Source: an uncultured Verrucomicrobiae bacterium
GTDB taxonomy: Bacteria; Verrucomicrobiota; Verrucomicrobiia; Chthoniobacterales; Terrimicrobiaceae
Assembly: GCA_963706955.1 (NCBI GenBank)
Contig: CAVPOC010000002.1
Coordinates: 64,001-128,000 of the forward strand
Direction: 5' to 3'
Length of the DNA stretch: 64,000 bases
Shown: positions 41,305-51,764 of the stretch, one piece after another
How the letters are laid out: every line of letters starts with the position of its first letter
How positions within the stretch are numbered: the stretch's first letter is position 1
The notes under the pieces: generated by a model
The model's database searches: none
What the model was told of the DNA's origin: nothing
The model's input: only the letters and a program-made list of their open reading frames with translations
Made by a program: the position numbers and the translations under genes

Positions 41305-41602
41305 TCAGGCCGGTTTCAGCGCCGCCAAATCCAACTCACCGTGCTGACTCGTGAACGTCACCTTCCGTCCGCTCCCGCTCTGGTGTTGCTGCACGCCGGA
41401 GATGCGATGATCGCCGGTGTCATACAGTTGGACTTTGCCATCGCCCGTATCGACGGCCAGCCGCTTGTGATCCCCGAAGAATGCATAACGCGTTTCGTTC
41501 TGACCGCCGACTGAGTTGGGATGCTCGCCGAGTTCTTCCGGCCACCATCGCTCTGGCGCTTTCGTGGGCGTCATCGCGTGACATTGGTTTCATGGGTTTC
41601 AT
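41305..41602 (-). CDS. Conserved-looking hypothetical protein (WWPxELG..GGQN..RYA..RLAVD type), N-terminal frameshift
   Basis: ORF 41305..41574 plus an MKPMKPM start in another frame. Confidence 0.55.
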
Positions 41603-42267
41603 CGTGGTTGTTTTGTTAAAGCTGCAGGCCCTTCGGAAAAAGAGGCCAGCATGGGTTCATGTTTACTGTGGGACGGCTCGCGCACAACCGCTCCACCGGT
41701 CGCGCAACTCGTAATTAAACATAAATTGATCGACGTTCATCGTAGAGAATTTTGAGCCGCATTCACGTTTGCACGTTCACAAAGAATTTCCATCGCGATA
41801 AATCGGCTCGCTTCACCACAGCTTGGCGAGAGCATACAAACAGCGTCACGAAAACCACCCTCGTCCGCTCACCCACTCAATCTGCAAATAGGCCTCCTCG
41901 TTCGCACTCAAAAGGCTCCCCTGTGCTCATGCATGAGAGCGAGTCCCGGGGCCCCCGGGTCGCGCGTGCCAGGCCCCCGGGTCGCTAATCGATCGAAACC
42001 GAGACGGATCCCTTCCGTCAACGGCCCATACGACGGCGGAATCTTCGCACGATTCCATAGCGAAGTAGGTGGCTACATAGACGGAGTAGGTGAAGTCCAG
42101 CAAACGGGTGGGGGCGCTTCAACATGCGAGCGGGGCTCAAACTATTCAGTGAACGTTTGACGGCGGTCCGGTAAAAGCTGATCGCCCAAATCTCAAACCA
42201 ATAGTATCGCCATTTTTTGTAAACCTAACATCGGGAAGGACCCGGCTGTTCAAACCCAAAACTACCT

Positions 42268-42705
42268 ATGAAAACGAAACACAGACTGCTCGCCGCCATG
42301 TGTGGCCTCTTCCTCGCCGCACCGTCCTTTGCCCAGCAGGTGCCCATTGCTACGAAGCCGGCTGACGTCACCTCCGCTGCGCACGGCGTGATCATGCACA
42401 GCGAATATGCCAAAACCATCGGCCGCATGGTTTACGTCTGGGGCTGGCCCATGGTCAACCAAATGAACCGCCGTGCCGCGATCACCCAGGCACCGGCGCC
42501 TGGACGGCTCAACGGCGTGTTGCCAGTTGCTCCTCGCGGCCAGATCGGAATGCTCAACGACTACATTGATCCCGGACAAAACTTCGTCACCTGTCCGAAT
42601 CAGGACGTCGTTTACGGCCTGGGCTTTTTCTCCCTCGATGAGGAGCCGGTGATCATCCAGGGTATCCGTCAGACGAACCCACCTAGTCGAGTTGGCTCAT
42701 TTTGA
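42268..42705 (+). pseudogene. DUF1254-type secreted protein, truncated
   Basis: Signal peptide, YVWGWPMVN and VTCPNQDVVYG..LDEEPVIIQ, then an abrupt end. Confidence 0.8.
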
Positions 42706-42891
42706 TGCACTGTTGGGATCCTACTTCTGCCAAAGAATCACCGCGTGCAGCAATCAGCCAATCTGAGCATTTTAAATTTTCTTTCAGTGAGGTGATCCAA
42801 GACGGGCTCCACGCAGTTCTCTAAAACCCAAGCAATGTCTTGCAGTATCGATGGACAGATGGACATACGGGGACAGTAGGAAGAAGCTCGA

Positions 42892-43737
42892 ATGATGAAT
42901 AAGTTCCCCCGACGGTCCTTTGTCACGTCCGATAACGTCCAGTTAAGCTATGTACGTCAAGGAAACGGTCGTCCAATTGTTCTCGTTCACGGCTGGTCCC
43001 AGTGCGCCGAGGAATTCAAACATCAGATCGAGCCACTCAGCGCGCGATATGATGTTATCGCTCTCGATCAACGGTCTCACGGCGAATCACAGAAAGTGTC
43101 CTATGGCTTGAAGATTTCGCGGTTATCCAAAGACCTGTACGAGTTCCTAACTGAGCTGGACTTGAATGATGTGACGCTTCTGGGTCATTCGATGGGATCG
43201 GCAGTGATCTGGTGCTATATCGACCTGTTTGGCCCTGAACACCTGTCGAAGATTATTTTAGTCGATCAGTCGCCATTTCTCACCGCGGATCCGCATTGGA
43301 CGCAACAGGAAGTAGAAGATTCGGGGGCTGTTGATACCCCTCAAAAAGTGTTCGACACCATTGCAGCCTTACGGGGCAAGGAAGTAGAACAGCTAACCCG
43401 ACAGATCATCGATGGGATGTTAACGCGGCACGCAACCTCGGAGGTGAGAGAATGGATGGTCCGATGTAATCTGAAGATGCCCCGGCCCCTTGCAGGAACT
43501 CTATTGTACAATCTCTGCCATACGGACTGGCGAGATGTCATCCCGCGGATTAACCTCCCTGCCCTGATCATCAGCGGTCGAGCAAGCGGAATACCGTGGA
43601 AATCGCAAGAATGGATTCATCGCCAAATTAAGGGTTCGCAGTTCGAAGTATTCGAAGAATCAGAAGGCGGCCGGCATGTTATGTTCATCGAAAACCCTGA
43701 GAAGTTTAATCGGCTGGTCATGGAATATTTAGGATAG
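42892..43737 (+). CDS. Alpha/beta hydrolase (non-haem haloperoxidase-like)
   Basis: LVHGWSQ, DQRSHGES, GHSMG nucleophile and C-terminal His (GRHVMFIENP). Confidence 0.92.
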   Translation: MMNKFPRRSFVTSDNVQLSYVRQGNGRPIVLVHGWSQCAEEFKHQIEPLSARYDVIALDQRSHGESQKVSYGLKISRLSKDLYEFLTELDLNDVTLLGHSMGSAVIWCYIDLFGPEHLSKIILVDQSPFLTADPHWTQQEVEDSGAVDTPQKVFDTIAALRGKEVEQLTRQIIDGMLTRHATSEVREWMVRCNLKMPRPLAGTLLYNLCHTDWRDVIPRINLPALIISGRASGIPWKSQEWIHRQIKGSQFEVFEESEGGRHVMFIENPEKFNRLVMEYLG

Positions 43738-44496
43738 CTATGCCCTCTAAGTCCCCATTGGCACGCTGGCGATAGCCTTCACAGCCTGTGAGGAGCTGAG
43801 TTGACTGAAAGGTGGCCATTAAGCTTGCGCCGCTGGCCGGGAGGTTTTAGGAGCTCAATGGCCTACTGCTTGGTCGAGCGGCCGTGTGCCCCGCCGTTGA
43901 ATGCCCGCTCGATGGAGAGGTTAGGCAGCCCTTTCGGGTGGGGCTCCACGGTAGATGACCTCGAAGCGCTCGCAGACGATTGGCATTCTCGGGCTTGGCA
44001 CTCTTCTAATGCGTTTGCATACTCTTCCGAAGTATGCCCAATGGACTTCGCGCCAATAGCGCAACGATCCATCGCCTTCGCCCTCGGTAGCGGCAGACGG
44101 GAAGCCGCTAAAAAAGCTTCCCAAGAGCGCATACCTGGAGCGACCACCCATTATGCCCATTGATTTGCAACCAAGTCTTGGGGCTCTGAGGTGGTGAGGC
44201 GGTGGTCCGTCCGTCGGCAAAAAAGACGTGCTCGTCACTTCGAAATTTCCGGGATAGCATGCAAAGTGGTTTACTTGGTACCAGCTCGAATGCTCACAGG
44301 GCAGACCGTTGAACACCAGCCGAAAGCACTCGATGAAACCAGAGAGTACACTTCGCCCGCATCAAGAGACAACTGGCTGCGAAGCCGGTAGCAGCCTGAT
44401 AAATAGCAAAGAATGCCTTTGCGGATTGTTGGATTGGCAAGTCGACAGCGACCAATCATTTGGAATTCCTGTCAACAAATAATTAAAGGACAAGAT

Positions 44497-44901
44497 ATGT
44501 ACGAAACTGAAACACTTAACGAAGTTGTGGAGATGGCCGATGACTCGCGGGTCCGGCCGCTATTTCCGGTGAAGGGTGCTGACCCGAGGGCCGCCGTAAG
44601 TAACGGGTTCACTTACCGGCACCCTTGGAGAAGCAAGTTTAAAGGAATCTTCACCCTTAGGGTGAATAACTTCTTTGGGATTAAGCCGGACTGGAACGTC
44701 TTCGTGTCCGCGGGCGAAGCCGTCGTGCTTGGCGATGCGACCGCCGGCTCGTTCATTGGAGACGCGAGGTACACGGTGAACAACGTGTCGCCTGGCGATA
44801 ATTTCATCATCATCAGGGTGACGATCGACAACAAGAATGGAGGACCTTGGGAGGGGAATCCTCTCGCGATCCTCACCGACTACCTCGTGGTTCCGTTCTG
44901 A
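44497..44901 (+). CDS. Hypothetical beta-rich protein
   Basis: AAAGGA RBS; 134 aa including VFVSAGE, FIGDARYTVNNVSP and TDYLVVPF. Confidence 0.65.
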   Translation: MYETETLNEVVEMADDSRVRPLFPVKGADPRAAVSNGFTYRHPWRSKFKGIFTLRVNNFFGIKPDWNVFVSAGEAVVLGDATAGSFIGDARYTVNNVSPGDNFIIIRVTIDNKNGGPWEGNPLAILTDYLVVPF

Positions 44902-45251
44902 GCCAGTGGTGCCACTATACTAAACTAACGAGTTCGACCTGAGAAGTTACGGCGGCTGGCTGGCCGCGGCAGCAGAGCAAATGCGGCAAAGGAAACCCCC
45001 AAGTCTCGGTGCGCGTCGATGATGGTGGAGACTCGTCGATGGCTCTTAACGGATCGGCGACTCCTGAAGGAGAAGATAAGGCCGTTTGTGGCAACCCACG
45101 CCACGAGCAAAAATGCCCCTGCGGTCACAGCAAGCATCAAGATCGAGCCGAAGTTGTGATCGTTCGGCGGTCGGCGCGGCAACTTGCGCTTCTGGTGATA
45201 CCGAATCTCGCAACTCGAAAAGGTTATCCAAAAACTCTGAGCCGCGATGAA

Positions 45252-45291
45252 TGTAATCCGCAGGTCCCCGGTTCGAATCCGGGTGCTGGCT
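45252..45291 (+). repeat. attR: duplicated 3' half of tRNA-Thr
   Basis: TGTAATCcGcAGGTCCCCGGTTCGAATCCGGGTGCTGGCT versus 23157-23196. Confidence 0.92.
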
Positions 45292-45585
45292 TACGGTAAG
45301 TAACTGGTTACGAAGATCATGAGATAGCGGGATCATCTCGTTTCGTGTGCGGTGCCAATACTGCCGAAATTGGGGCAAAAACAGTCCTCGATCTGCGGTT
45401 CAATCGCATAGCGGGATTTCCTAATTCACGTTCGTTATGAACGACACGCCGGCAAGGCTCATTTGACCCTGCTTTGCGACGACCGAGGGACGATTCCTTC
45501 ATTCCTGATAACGCCACCCGGTTCGGCTACAACGGCAGTATTGTTTGAAATCTGTTATTCTCGCGTTAAACTAGTACTGTTCCCA

Positions 45586-46041
45586 ATGGAAGTAAGTCCC
45601 CTGGTATTGGTCCCGTTGGCCGCTTACGCCTTTTTGGTGCTTTTTGCGGTAGGTGTCGCGCAAGGACATGGTAGGATGGAGGGCGAAGAGGAGTGTCTTC
45701 ATCGAACGGAGCGAAAGGCTGATGGCAGAACCCCAACCAGGGCCGCGCAAACGACAGGAACGAGCGAGACCGTCGCTAAGAGCTCTGAAAAGAATGCAGC
45801 TTCCATCCAAGGTCCTAGCCAGACAACCTACGTGCGCAGTGTGATGGAAAGGCAGCCGTACTACTGCTTTGAAAACCAGTCGTTGGATGAAGCTCGCAGA
45901 GTCATGAGCGAACTTCATCTTCAATACCTGGTGGTCTTGGACGAGAACATGCGTGTTGTAGGTACGGTGAAGATGGAAAATCTCAACCGACGTCAGAAGC
46001 AAGACCCACCTGAGCCAGACTCTCCGCAAGGCGGAGGATAG
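45586..46041 (+). CDS. Membrane-anchored single-CBS-domain protein
   Basis: Hydrophobic N-terminus; VRSVMERQPYYCFENQSLDEARRVMSELHLQYLVVLDENMRVVGTV fits a CBS domain. Confidence 0.65.
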   Translation: MEVSPLVLVPLAAYAFLVLFAVGVAQGHGRMEGEEECLHRTERKADGRTPTRAAQTTGTSETVAKSSEKNAASIQGPSQTTYVRSVMERQPYYCFENQSLDEARRVMSELHLQYLVVLDENMRVVGTVKMENLNRRQKQDPPEPDSPQGGG

Positions 46042-46274
46042 CTTGAGAACATTCGGGCTTTGCCTGATTCAGTCACACGCTTGAGGCGTTCGGTCGAGGC
46101 GGCAATTTGCAGCATTGTCAGGCGCACCCAAGCGCGCTCTCAATTTGACGGGAACTTGAATTGGCCTGTAGTCGGGTGACAATTCTAAGTAACATCGCTG
46201 GCGAAAAAATCGTTTAAGCATCGATTCGAGTAGTGCGCGCGTAGCTTCAATAGATACATCTCAAGAGAGCATCC

Positions 46275-47627
46275 ATGAGCGAAAAAAGTGAAAGCGAATC
46301 CGGGACCCAGCCGGTCCGCGTAATCGAAGCCATTCCCACTGCGGGTGAGCACGAAGTGGGGCAACGTGAGATCGAGTCGGAGAGCATTCCGATACCCGCG
46401 CATTTGCGTGTTTATCGCGAGCTTGGCCATGGCGGCATGGGTCGTGTGCACCCGGCAACCGATCGTAATTTACTGCGCCAGGTTGCCCTCAAGTGGCTCG
46501 ACAAGGAACTTGCCCGCGAGCCGATGTATCGCGATGGCTTCATCGCCGAAGCTCAGATTACCGGCCAACTCGAACACCCGAACATTCTTCCGGTGCACGA
46601 GTTGGCCATCTCGAACAAGGGTGTTCCCTATTTCACGATGAAGCTGGTGGAGGGCATCGGATTCGACAAATGGCTGCAGGAACCCTCCCGTCGACCCGGC
46701 GCGCGAGAACGCCTGCAGGACGGTCTCGACATTATTCTCAAGGTTTGTGACGCGGTGGCTTACGCCCACTATCGCGGAGTCGTCCATCGTGACTTGAAGC
46801 CGGAAAATATCATGCTGGCCTCCTTCGGTCAGGTGTACGTTATTGACTGGGGTCTCGCGCGCTTAACGAAAACACGGCCCGCCTCTGGCGATATTTCGCA
46901 AATGGAAGCGGAAGGAGAGGTCGGCGCGCCGGCGTATATGTCCCCGGAGCAGGCACGCGGCAACCCAGCCGATATGGACGAAAGAAGCGACATTTTCGGC
47001 TTGGGCGCAATTCTCTATGAAATCGTTTGTGGTCAGCTGCCCTACGGAAACATCTACAATACTGATCTGGTTGTAGAAAAAGCTCGCCGCGGCGAGGTGG
47101 TCCTCATCGATCGGTTTGCGCAACGCTATCACATTCCCAAGCGTCTCTGTGAGATCGTGAACAAAGCGATTGCGCCGCAGCCCTCCGATCGCTACCAAAC
47201 CGTGCTCGAACTGCAGCAAGACGTGCGTGAGTTTCTGCGCGGCGGCTTGTATTTGCCTCACCAGACTTTCGCTCCGGGAAGCCTGATTATTCAGGAGGGC
47301 GATCGGGGCGATAGCGCCTACATGATCGTGAGTGGCCAGTGCCGGGCTTTCCGAACGATCGATGCTGCTGAAGGAACGCCGGCGCAAGAGACCCTTGCCG
47401 TGATGGCAGCGGGTGATGTCTTTGGCGAGATGGCCTTGATCCTTGACGAGCCGCGCTCTGCGAGTGTGGAAGCCGTGGATGAGGTGACCGTTCTCGTCCT
47501 CGACAAGAAAACCATGGCGGAGGGACTTGGCGAGGGTGGATGGGCCGGCGCGCTGGTGCACGCTCTCGCTCAGCGTTTTCGCAACCTCGAACAACAAGTG
47601 CGCGCTTCGGGAATTCGGCGCGGGTAG
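46275..47627 (+). CDS. Ser/Thr protein kinase with C-terminal cyclic-nucleotide-binding domain
   Basis: GHGGMGRV, VALK, HRDLKPEN, DWG and YMSPEQ motifs; C-terminal IIQEGDRGD...FGEMALILDEPRSASV. Confidence 0.92.
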   Translation: MSEKSESESGTQPVRVIEAIPTAGEHEVGQREIESESIPIPAHLRVYRELGHGGMGRVHPATDRNLLRQVALKWLDKELAREPMYRDGFIAEAQITGQLEHPNILPVHELAISNKGVPYFTMKLVEGIGFDKWLQEPSRRPGARERLQDGLDIILKVCDAVAYAHYRGVVHRDLKPENIMLASFGQVYVIDWGLARLTKTRPASGDISQMEAEGEVGAPAYMSPEQARGNPADMDERSDIFGLGAILYEIVCGQLPYGNIYNTDLVVEKARRGEVVLIDRFAQRYHIPKRLCEIVNKAIAPQPSDRYQTVLELQQDVREFLRGGLYLPHQTFAPGSLIIQEGDRGDSAYMIVSGQCRAFRTIDAAEGTPAQETLAVMAAGDVFGEMALILDEPRSASVEAVDEVTVLVLDKKTMAEGLGEGGWAGALVHALAQRFRNLEQQVRASGIRRG

Positions 47628-47757
47628 GCTCGCCATGCCCCCTCGAGGGCCGCCACCTGAATATCCCGTCGATTCCTGCCGTAATGTGGCGGCGTTGCGA
47701 AAGCTTTTGGTGCAAATCTGCATTCAGGCTAAGTTTTCGTTGAGGCGAGTCGCCATT

Positions 47758-50016
47758 GTGGAAGATGCTAAAAAAGGCTGCGTAATTCGCGAGGTATCCA
47801 AGATCCTTGAAGAGGAACCCTGCCTGGAGGCAGTTGCCCTCAGTCCGGACCAACAGAAGCTCTCGATTGCGACGCTTGGTCCTGATCATGATCATCGCCT
47901 GGCGGACCGTGTCTCGCGGGCAGTATCGGCGGCTCTGCCCGATTGCGCTCATTTAACCAAAGATGGCGTCTGCAGCGTCTGCGGCGAACGACCGGGAACG
48001 CAGGTCGGCAGTTCGCGCGTCGTCGTCAAAGACGTGCTCGGCAGCACGCTCGTTGAAAAGCAAACATGCTCTACCGCGATTTCGTTTTGGAAGTGGGTCG
48101 CTCTGAAATGGCCCCAGTATGCTCCCAGAGAGCACAAGCCGTTCGCGCACGGCGACGATGAGTGGAAACCTCTCGCTTTGCTCGCCGCGGGCTGCCTGAT
48201 TCTCGGCATACTCGGCGCGCTAGTCGATAGGGTGAATCAGGACGTCGCCTGGCTGCTTTATGTTGGCGCCTACCTTTGTGGCGGATGGGACGCTGCTATC
48301 GACGCTTGGGAACGCCTTCGTAAGGCGCGTCTGGACGTGCATTTTCTGATGCTCGCCGTGGCCGGCGGTGCCGCCTTGATTGGCGCCTGGCGTGAGGGGG
48401 CCCTGCTGCTCTTCCTGTTCTCGGCCTCTGGAGCGATGGAGCACTACGCCATGGGGCGGACACGACGAGAAATCAGTGCCCTCTTTCGCGGTGCTCCGAA
48501 AACTGCTCGCGTCCTGCGGGGTGGTTCCGAGGAACAAGTCACAGTGGCATCGCTCGAACCCGGGATGAGGGTGATCGTTACCTCAGGCGAGCAGATCCCG
48601 GCGGATCTTGAAGTCCTTAAGGGGGAGACCGCTTGCGACGAGTCGAGCATCACTGGCGAATCAGTCCCAATTCGCAAAGAGCCAGGTGACGTTGTGCTTT
48701 CCGGCACAATGAATTTGTGGGGCGCCATCGAGGGGCGCGTGCTGCGCAAGGCCAGTGAGAGTGCTCTGCAAAGAATAATCAACCTCATCCAGGAAGCTCA
48801 GGAGATGAAGGCGCCCTCTCAAAGGTTCACTGACAAGTTTGGCACCGGATACACCTGGGCAATCCTAACACTCTGCACGCTGATGTTTTTCATTTGGTGG
48901 ATCGCCTTTGATCTGCCGCCCTTCCTGGAAGAAAACGGCCGGGTAAGTGCGTTCTATCGCGCCATGACGCTCCTGGTCGTCGCCTCGCCCTGTGCCTTGG
49001 TTCTTTCGGTGCCTTCTTCGATTTTATCGGCGATTGCCTCTGGTGCGCGGCGCGGCATTTTATTCCGCGGGGGAGCTGCGGTGGAGACCCTCGCCGATGT
49101 CAACGTCGTTGCTTTGGACAAGACGGGAACTTTGACGACCGGCGAACTTAGCCTCAAATCTTTCGAGTGCCTCCGTGGAGAGGAAGCACATCTGAAGCAA
49201 ATCGCTTGGACCCTCGCCCGACTCTCGCAGCATCCGCTTTCCCGCGCCATCCGCAAGATGGCGCACCAGTGGGGCGTCGAGACGACCAGCGAGGTAACTG
49301 ACTTCCAAACGATCCCCGGACAGGGCCTGCGCGCCTGCATCGCCGACCAGACTTACGCTCTTGGAAGTCGCCAGTTGCTTGGACAGAAAAATCTGCCCGC
49401 CGATGAATCGGGCTCAGCAAGCGCCGAGGTCTGGGTTGCAGGTCCTGATCTTCTCGGGCGAATCATTTTCCATGACGCGATCCGACCGGAGGCTGCCCGG
49501 ACCTTGCAAGAGCTTGAAAGCATCGGCGTGCGAACGGTCATGCTCACGGGGGACCGGCGCGACGTGGCTGAGCAGATCGCTCGTGGCATTGGCATCGGCG
49601 AGATTCGCGCTGGACTGCTGCCCGAGCAGAAGGTCGAAGCCATTCAGGAACTCAAGGAAAACGGAGCACGCAAAGTCGCGATGATAGGCGATGGAGTCAA
49701 CGACGCTCCTTGCATTGCGGCCGCGGATGTCGGCGTAGCCATGGGCGCGCGAGGTTCCGACGCCGCGCTTGAACAGGCGGAGGTCGTTCTAATGAACGAC
49801 CGGCTCGAGAATTTCCTTTTGGCGCGAACGCTCAGCGTTCGCTCACGCCGCATCATCTATCAAAATATCGCTATCGCGCTTGGCGCCATCGTTTTCATGA
49901 TGTGCGCGGCTTCCCTTTTGCCAATTCCCCTCGCACTCGGCGTGGCGGTGCACGAAGGCAGTACGGTCATTGTCGTGCTCAACAGCCTGCGCTTACTGCT
50001 CGCCCAACCCGCTTGA
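47758..50016 (+). CDS. Heavy-metal P1B-type ATPase (SPC motif, P1B-4-like)
   Basis: TGES, VVASPCAL, DKTGTLT, SQHPLS, GDGVND and HEGST motifs. GTG start is chosen by inspection. Confidence 0.93.
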   Translation: MEDAKKGCVIREVSKILEEEPCLEAVALSPDQQKLSIATLGPDHDHRLADRVSRAVSAALPDCAHLTKDGVCSVCGERPGTQVGSSRVVVKDVLGSTLVEKQTCSTAISFWKWVALKWPQYAPREHKPFAHGDDEWKPLALLAAGCLILGILGALVDRVNQDVAWLLYVGAYLCGGWDAAIDAWERLRKARLDVHFLMLAVAGGAALIGAWREGALLLFLFSASGAMEHYAMGRTRREISALFRGAPKTARVLRGGSEEQVTVASLEPGMRVIVTSGEQIPADLEVLKGETACDESSITGESVPIRKEPGDVVLSGTMNLWGAIEGRVLRKASESALQRIINLIQEAQEMKAPSQRFTDKFGTGYTWAILTLCTLMFFIWWIAFDLPPFLEENGRVSAFYRAMTLLVVASPCALVLSVPSSILSAIASGARRGILFRGGAAVETLADVNVVALDKTGTLTTGELSLKSFECLRGEEAHLKQIAWTLARLSQHPLSRAIRKMAHQWGVETTSEVTDFQTIPGQGLRACIADQTYALGSRQLLGQKNLPADESGSASAEVWVAGPDLLGRIIFHDAIRPEAARTLQELESIGVRTVMLTGDRRDVAEQIARGIGIGEIRAGLLPEQKVEAIQELKENGARKVAMIGDGVNDAPCIAAADVGVAMGARGSDAALEQAEVVLMNDRLENFLLARTLSVRSRRIIYQNIAIALGAIVFMMCAASLLPIPLALGVAVHEGSTVIVVLNSLRLLLAQPA

Positions 50017-50292
50017 GCGCAGCAGCGTGCCGACGATTTCTTCCCACTCTGCTTCGAGAGGGCCGAGAGCTGCGGAGCGTCCCGCCCGCCCGTACCAATA
50101 ACCGGCATTTCCATCGTCCCCTTCGCGTCGATGCAAATAGGCATGCACCCAGGCGGCCTCACGCGAATCGTCATCTTGAGCAATCCGGTGCGCTGACTCC
50201 CAGTCACCGTTTGCATCGTGCCACATGGCGCGCAGCGGAGGTGTTAAGCCGACGGGTTCGGTGGCGCTTTGGCGGAATTCGTCAACTGTCAT
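49993..50292 (-). CDS. Conserved hypothetical protein
   Basis: GDWESAHRIAQD...WVHAYLHRREGDDGNAGYWY pattern. Confidence 0.75.
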   Translation of the reverse strand: MTVDEFRQSATEPVGLTPPLRAMWHDANGDWESAHRIAQDDDSREAAWVHAYLHRREGDDGNAGYWYGRAGRSAALGPLEAEWEEIVGTLLRSSGLGEQ

Positions 50293-50320
50293 AGAGCAAC
50301 ATTGCACTTCTGAGCAGAAA

Positions 50321-51310
50321 TCAGGATGGTTTTTTCCCAAAGACAGTGCGGATGACGTCCTCGATCGGTAACTCCGCCACGGTGAGATCCGCCACCGGAG
50401 CCCGGTCGAGGACAAAACGGCAAACCTCAGCGACACGCGCCCGCGGCACCTCGATCTTCACCGAATCCGGTGTTTTTTCTAGGACCGAGCCCACACAGCT
50501 AAAGTCCGCATCCGTCGGTCGGGAAAACTTGGCGTCGATGATCTTGCTGCCGGAGAACTGTTCGACGATGCCTTCGAGGGCTCCGTCGAACATGACGCAC
50601 CCGTGATCAATAAGGATGACGCGCTCGCAGAGCTCTTCGATGTCTTGCATGTAGTGACTGGTCAGCAAGATCGTGGTCCGGCTAGTCGCATTGTGTTGCT
50701 TGAGAAACTCGCGCACGGTCTTTTGGCTGACGACATCAAGGCCGATCGTCGGTTCATCGAGAAAAAGCACTCGTGGACTGTGCAGCAACGCTGCGATGAG
50801 TTCCATCTTCATCCGCTGGCCCAAACTAAGCTCCCGCACCATCACGTCGAGCTGCTCGCGCACATCGAGCATCTCGGTCAGCTCGCCCATGATCTTCTCG
50901 AAATTCTTCCTGGGAATCCCATAGATGACCCGGTTCAGTTCGAGCGATTCGCGGGCCGGCAGGTCCCACCAAAGCGCGTTTTTTTGGCCCATCAAAAGGC
51001 TGATCTGGCGCTTCATGGCATCCTTGCGTTCCCACGGGACATAACCGAGAACGCTGGCCGTTCCCGAGGTTGGGTAAAGCAAGCCGGAAAGCATTTTCAA
51101 GGTCGTGGTTTTTCCAGCGCCGTTGGGGCCGAGAAATCCGACAAAATCGCCGGTGGCAATCTGAAAGGAGACAGCGTCCACGGCTCGCGTCTCAACATGC
51201 CTGCGACGGAAAAGTCCTTTAAGGGCGCCGAGAACCCCGCGTTCCTTCCGATACGTGCGAAACGTTTTGGTGAGTCCACGAAGGTCAATGGCGATGTGGT
51301 TATTGTCCAT
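50321..51310 (-). CDS. ABC transporter ATP-binding protein (ABC-2 type)
   Basis: GPNGAGKTT, LSLGQRM, LFLDEPTIGLD and TSHYM motifs. No permease is adjacent. Confidence 0.93.
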   Translation of the reverse strand: MDNNHIAIDLRGLTKTFRTYRKERGVLGALKGLFRRRHVETRAVDAVSFQIATGDFVGFLGPNGAGKTTTLKMLSGLLYPTSGTASVLGYVPWERKDAMKRQISLLMGQKNALWWDLPARESLELNRVIYGIPRKNFEKIMGELTEMLDVREQLDVMVRELSLGQRMKMELIAALLHSPRVLFLDEPTIGLDVVSQKTVREFLKQHNATSRTTILLTSHYMQDIEELCERVILIDHGCVMFDGALEGIVEQFSGSKIIDAKFSRPTDADFSCVGSVLEKTPDSVKIEVPRARVAEVCRFVLDRAPVADLTVAELPIEDVIRTVFGKKPS

Positions 51311-51311
51311 G

Positions 51312-51764
51312 CTAGAGGATCCGGAGCTGCCTGACGGCTTCGTAAAGGACGATGCCGGCCGCGGTCGCCAGGTTGAGGCTGCGTGCTTCCTCTCGCATGG
51401 GAATCGTCAAGCAATGGCTGGCGTTCATTGCGAGCAGGCTTTCAGGAAGACCCTTTGTCTCGCGTCCAAATACCAGGTGGTCGTCCTCCTCAAAACGCTG
51501 ATGCCAGTAGGGTCGGCCTCGCTTTTTCGTAAGAAAGAAGAACCGTGCTTCGCCAGACTTCTGTCGAACGTCCTGAAAAGTTGGCCAAACTCGCACATCG
51601 CATTTGCTCCAGTAGTCCATTCCAGCGCGTCGCAGAAATTTGTCGTCCAAAGAAAACCCGAGCGGCTCGACCAGGTGCAGACAGGCACCGGCGGCCACGC
51701 AGAGTCGCGCGATATTTCCCGTGTTCGGCGGGATCTCCGGTTCGATCAGGACGACATGAAGCAT
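51312..51764 (-). CDS. trmL: tRNA (cytidine(34)-2'-O)-methyltransferase, SpoU family
   Basis: EPEIPPNTGNIAR, LRRAGMDYW, FGRETKGLP and RSLNLA motifs. Confidence 0.93.
   Translation of the reverse strand: MLHVVLIEPEIPPNTGNIARLCVAAGACLHLVEPLGFSLDDKFLRRAGMDYWSKCDVRVWPTFQDVRQKSGEARFFFLTKKRGRPYWHQRFEEDDHLVFGRETKGLPESLLAMNASHCLTIPMREEARSLNLATAAGIVLYEAVRQLRIL

Larger units (their letters stand above)
23197..45291. mobile_element. ~22 kb degraded genomic island integrated at tRNA-Thr
   Basis: The tRNA 3' part 23157-23196 is repeated at 45252-45291 (38/40 identical, last 30 bp exact). The interior has an integrase fragment and many pseudogenes. Confidence 0.85.

Noticed and set aside
41950..41985. 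14-bp direct repeat GGCCCCCGGGTCGC x2
   Set aside because: Only two GC-rich copies with no associated gene or element.
43801..44460. Several overlapping short ORFs
   Set aside because: No motifs or consistent frame. Probably non-coding or unrecognisable debris.
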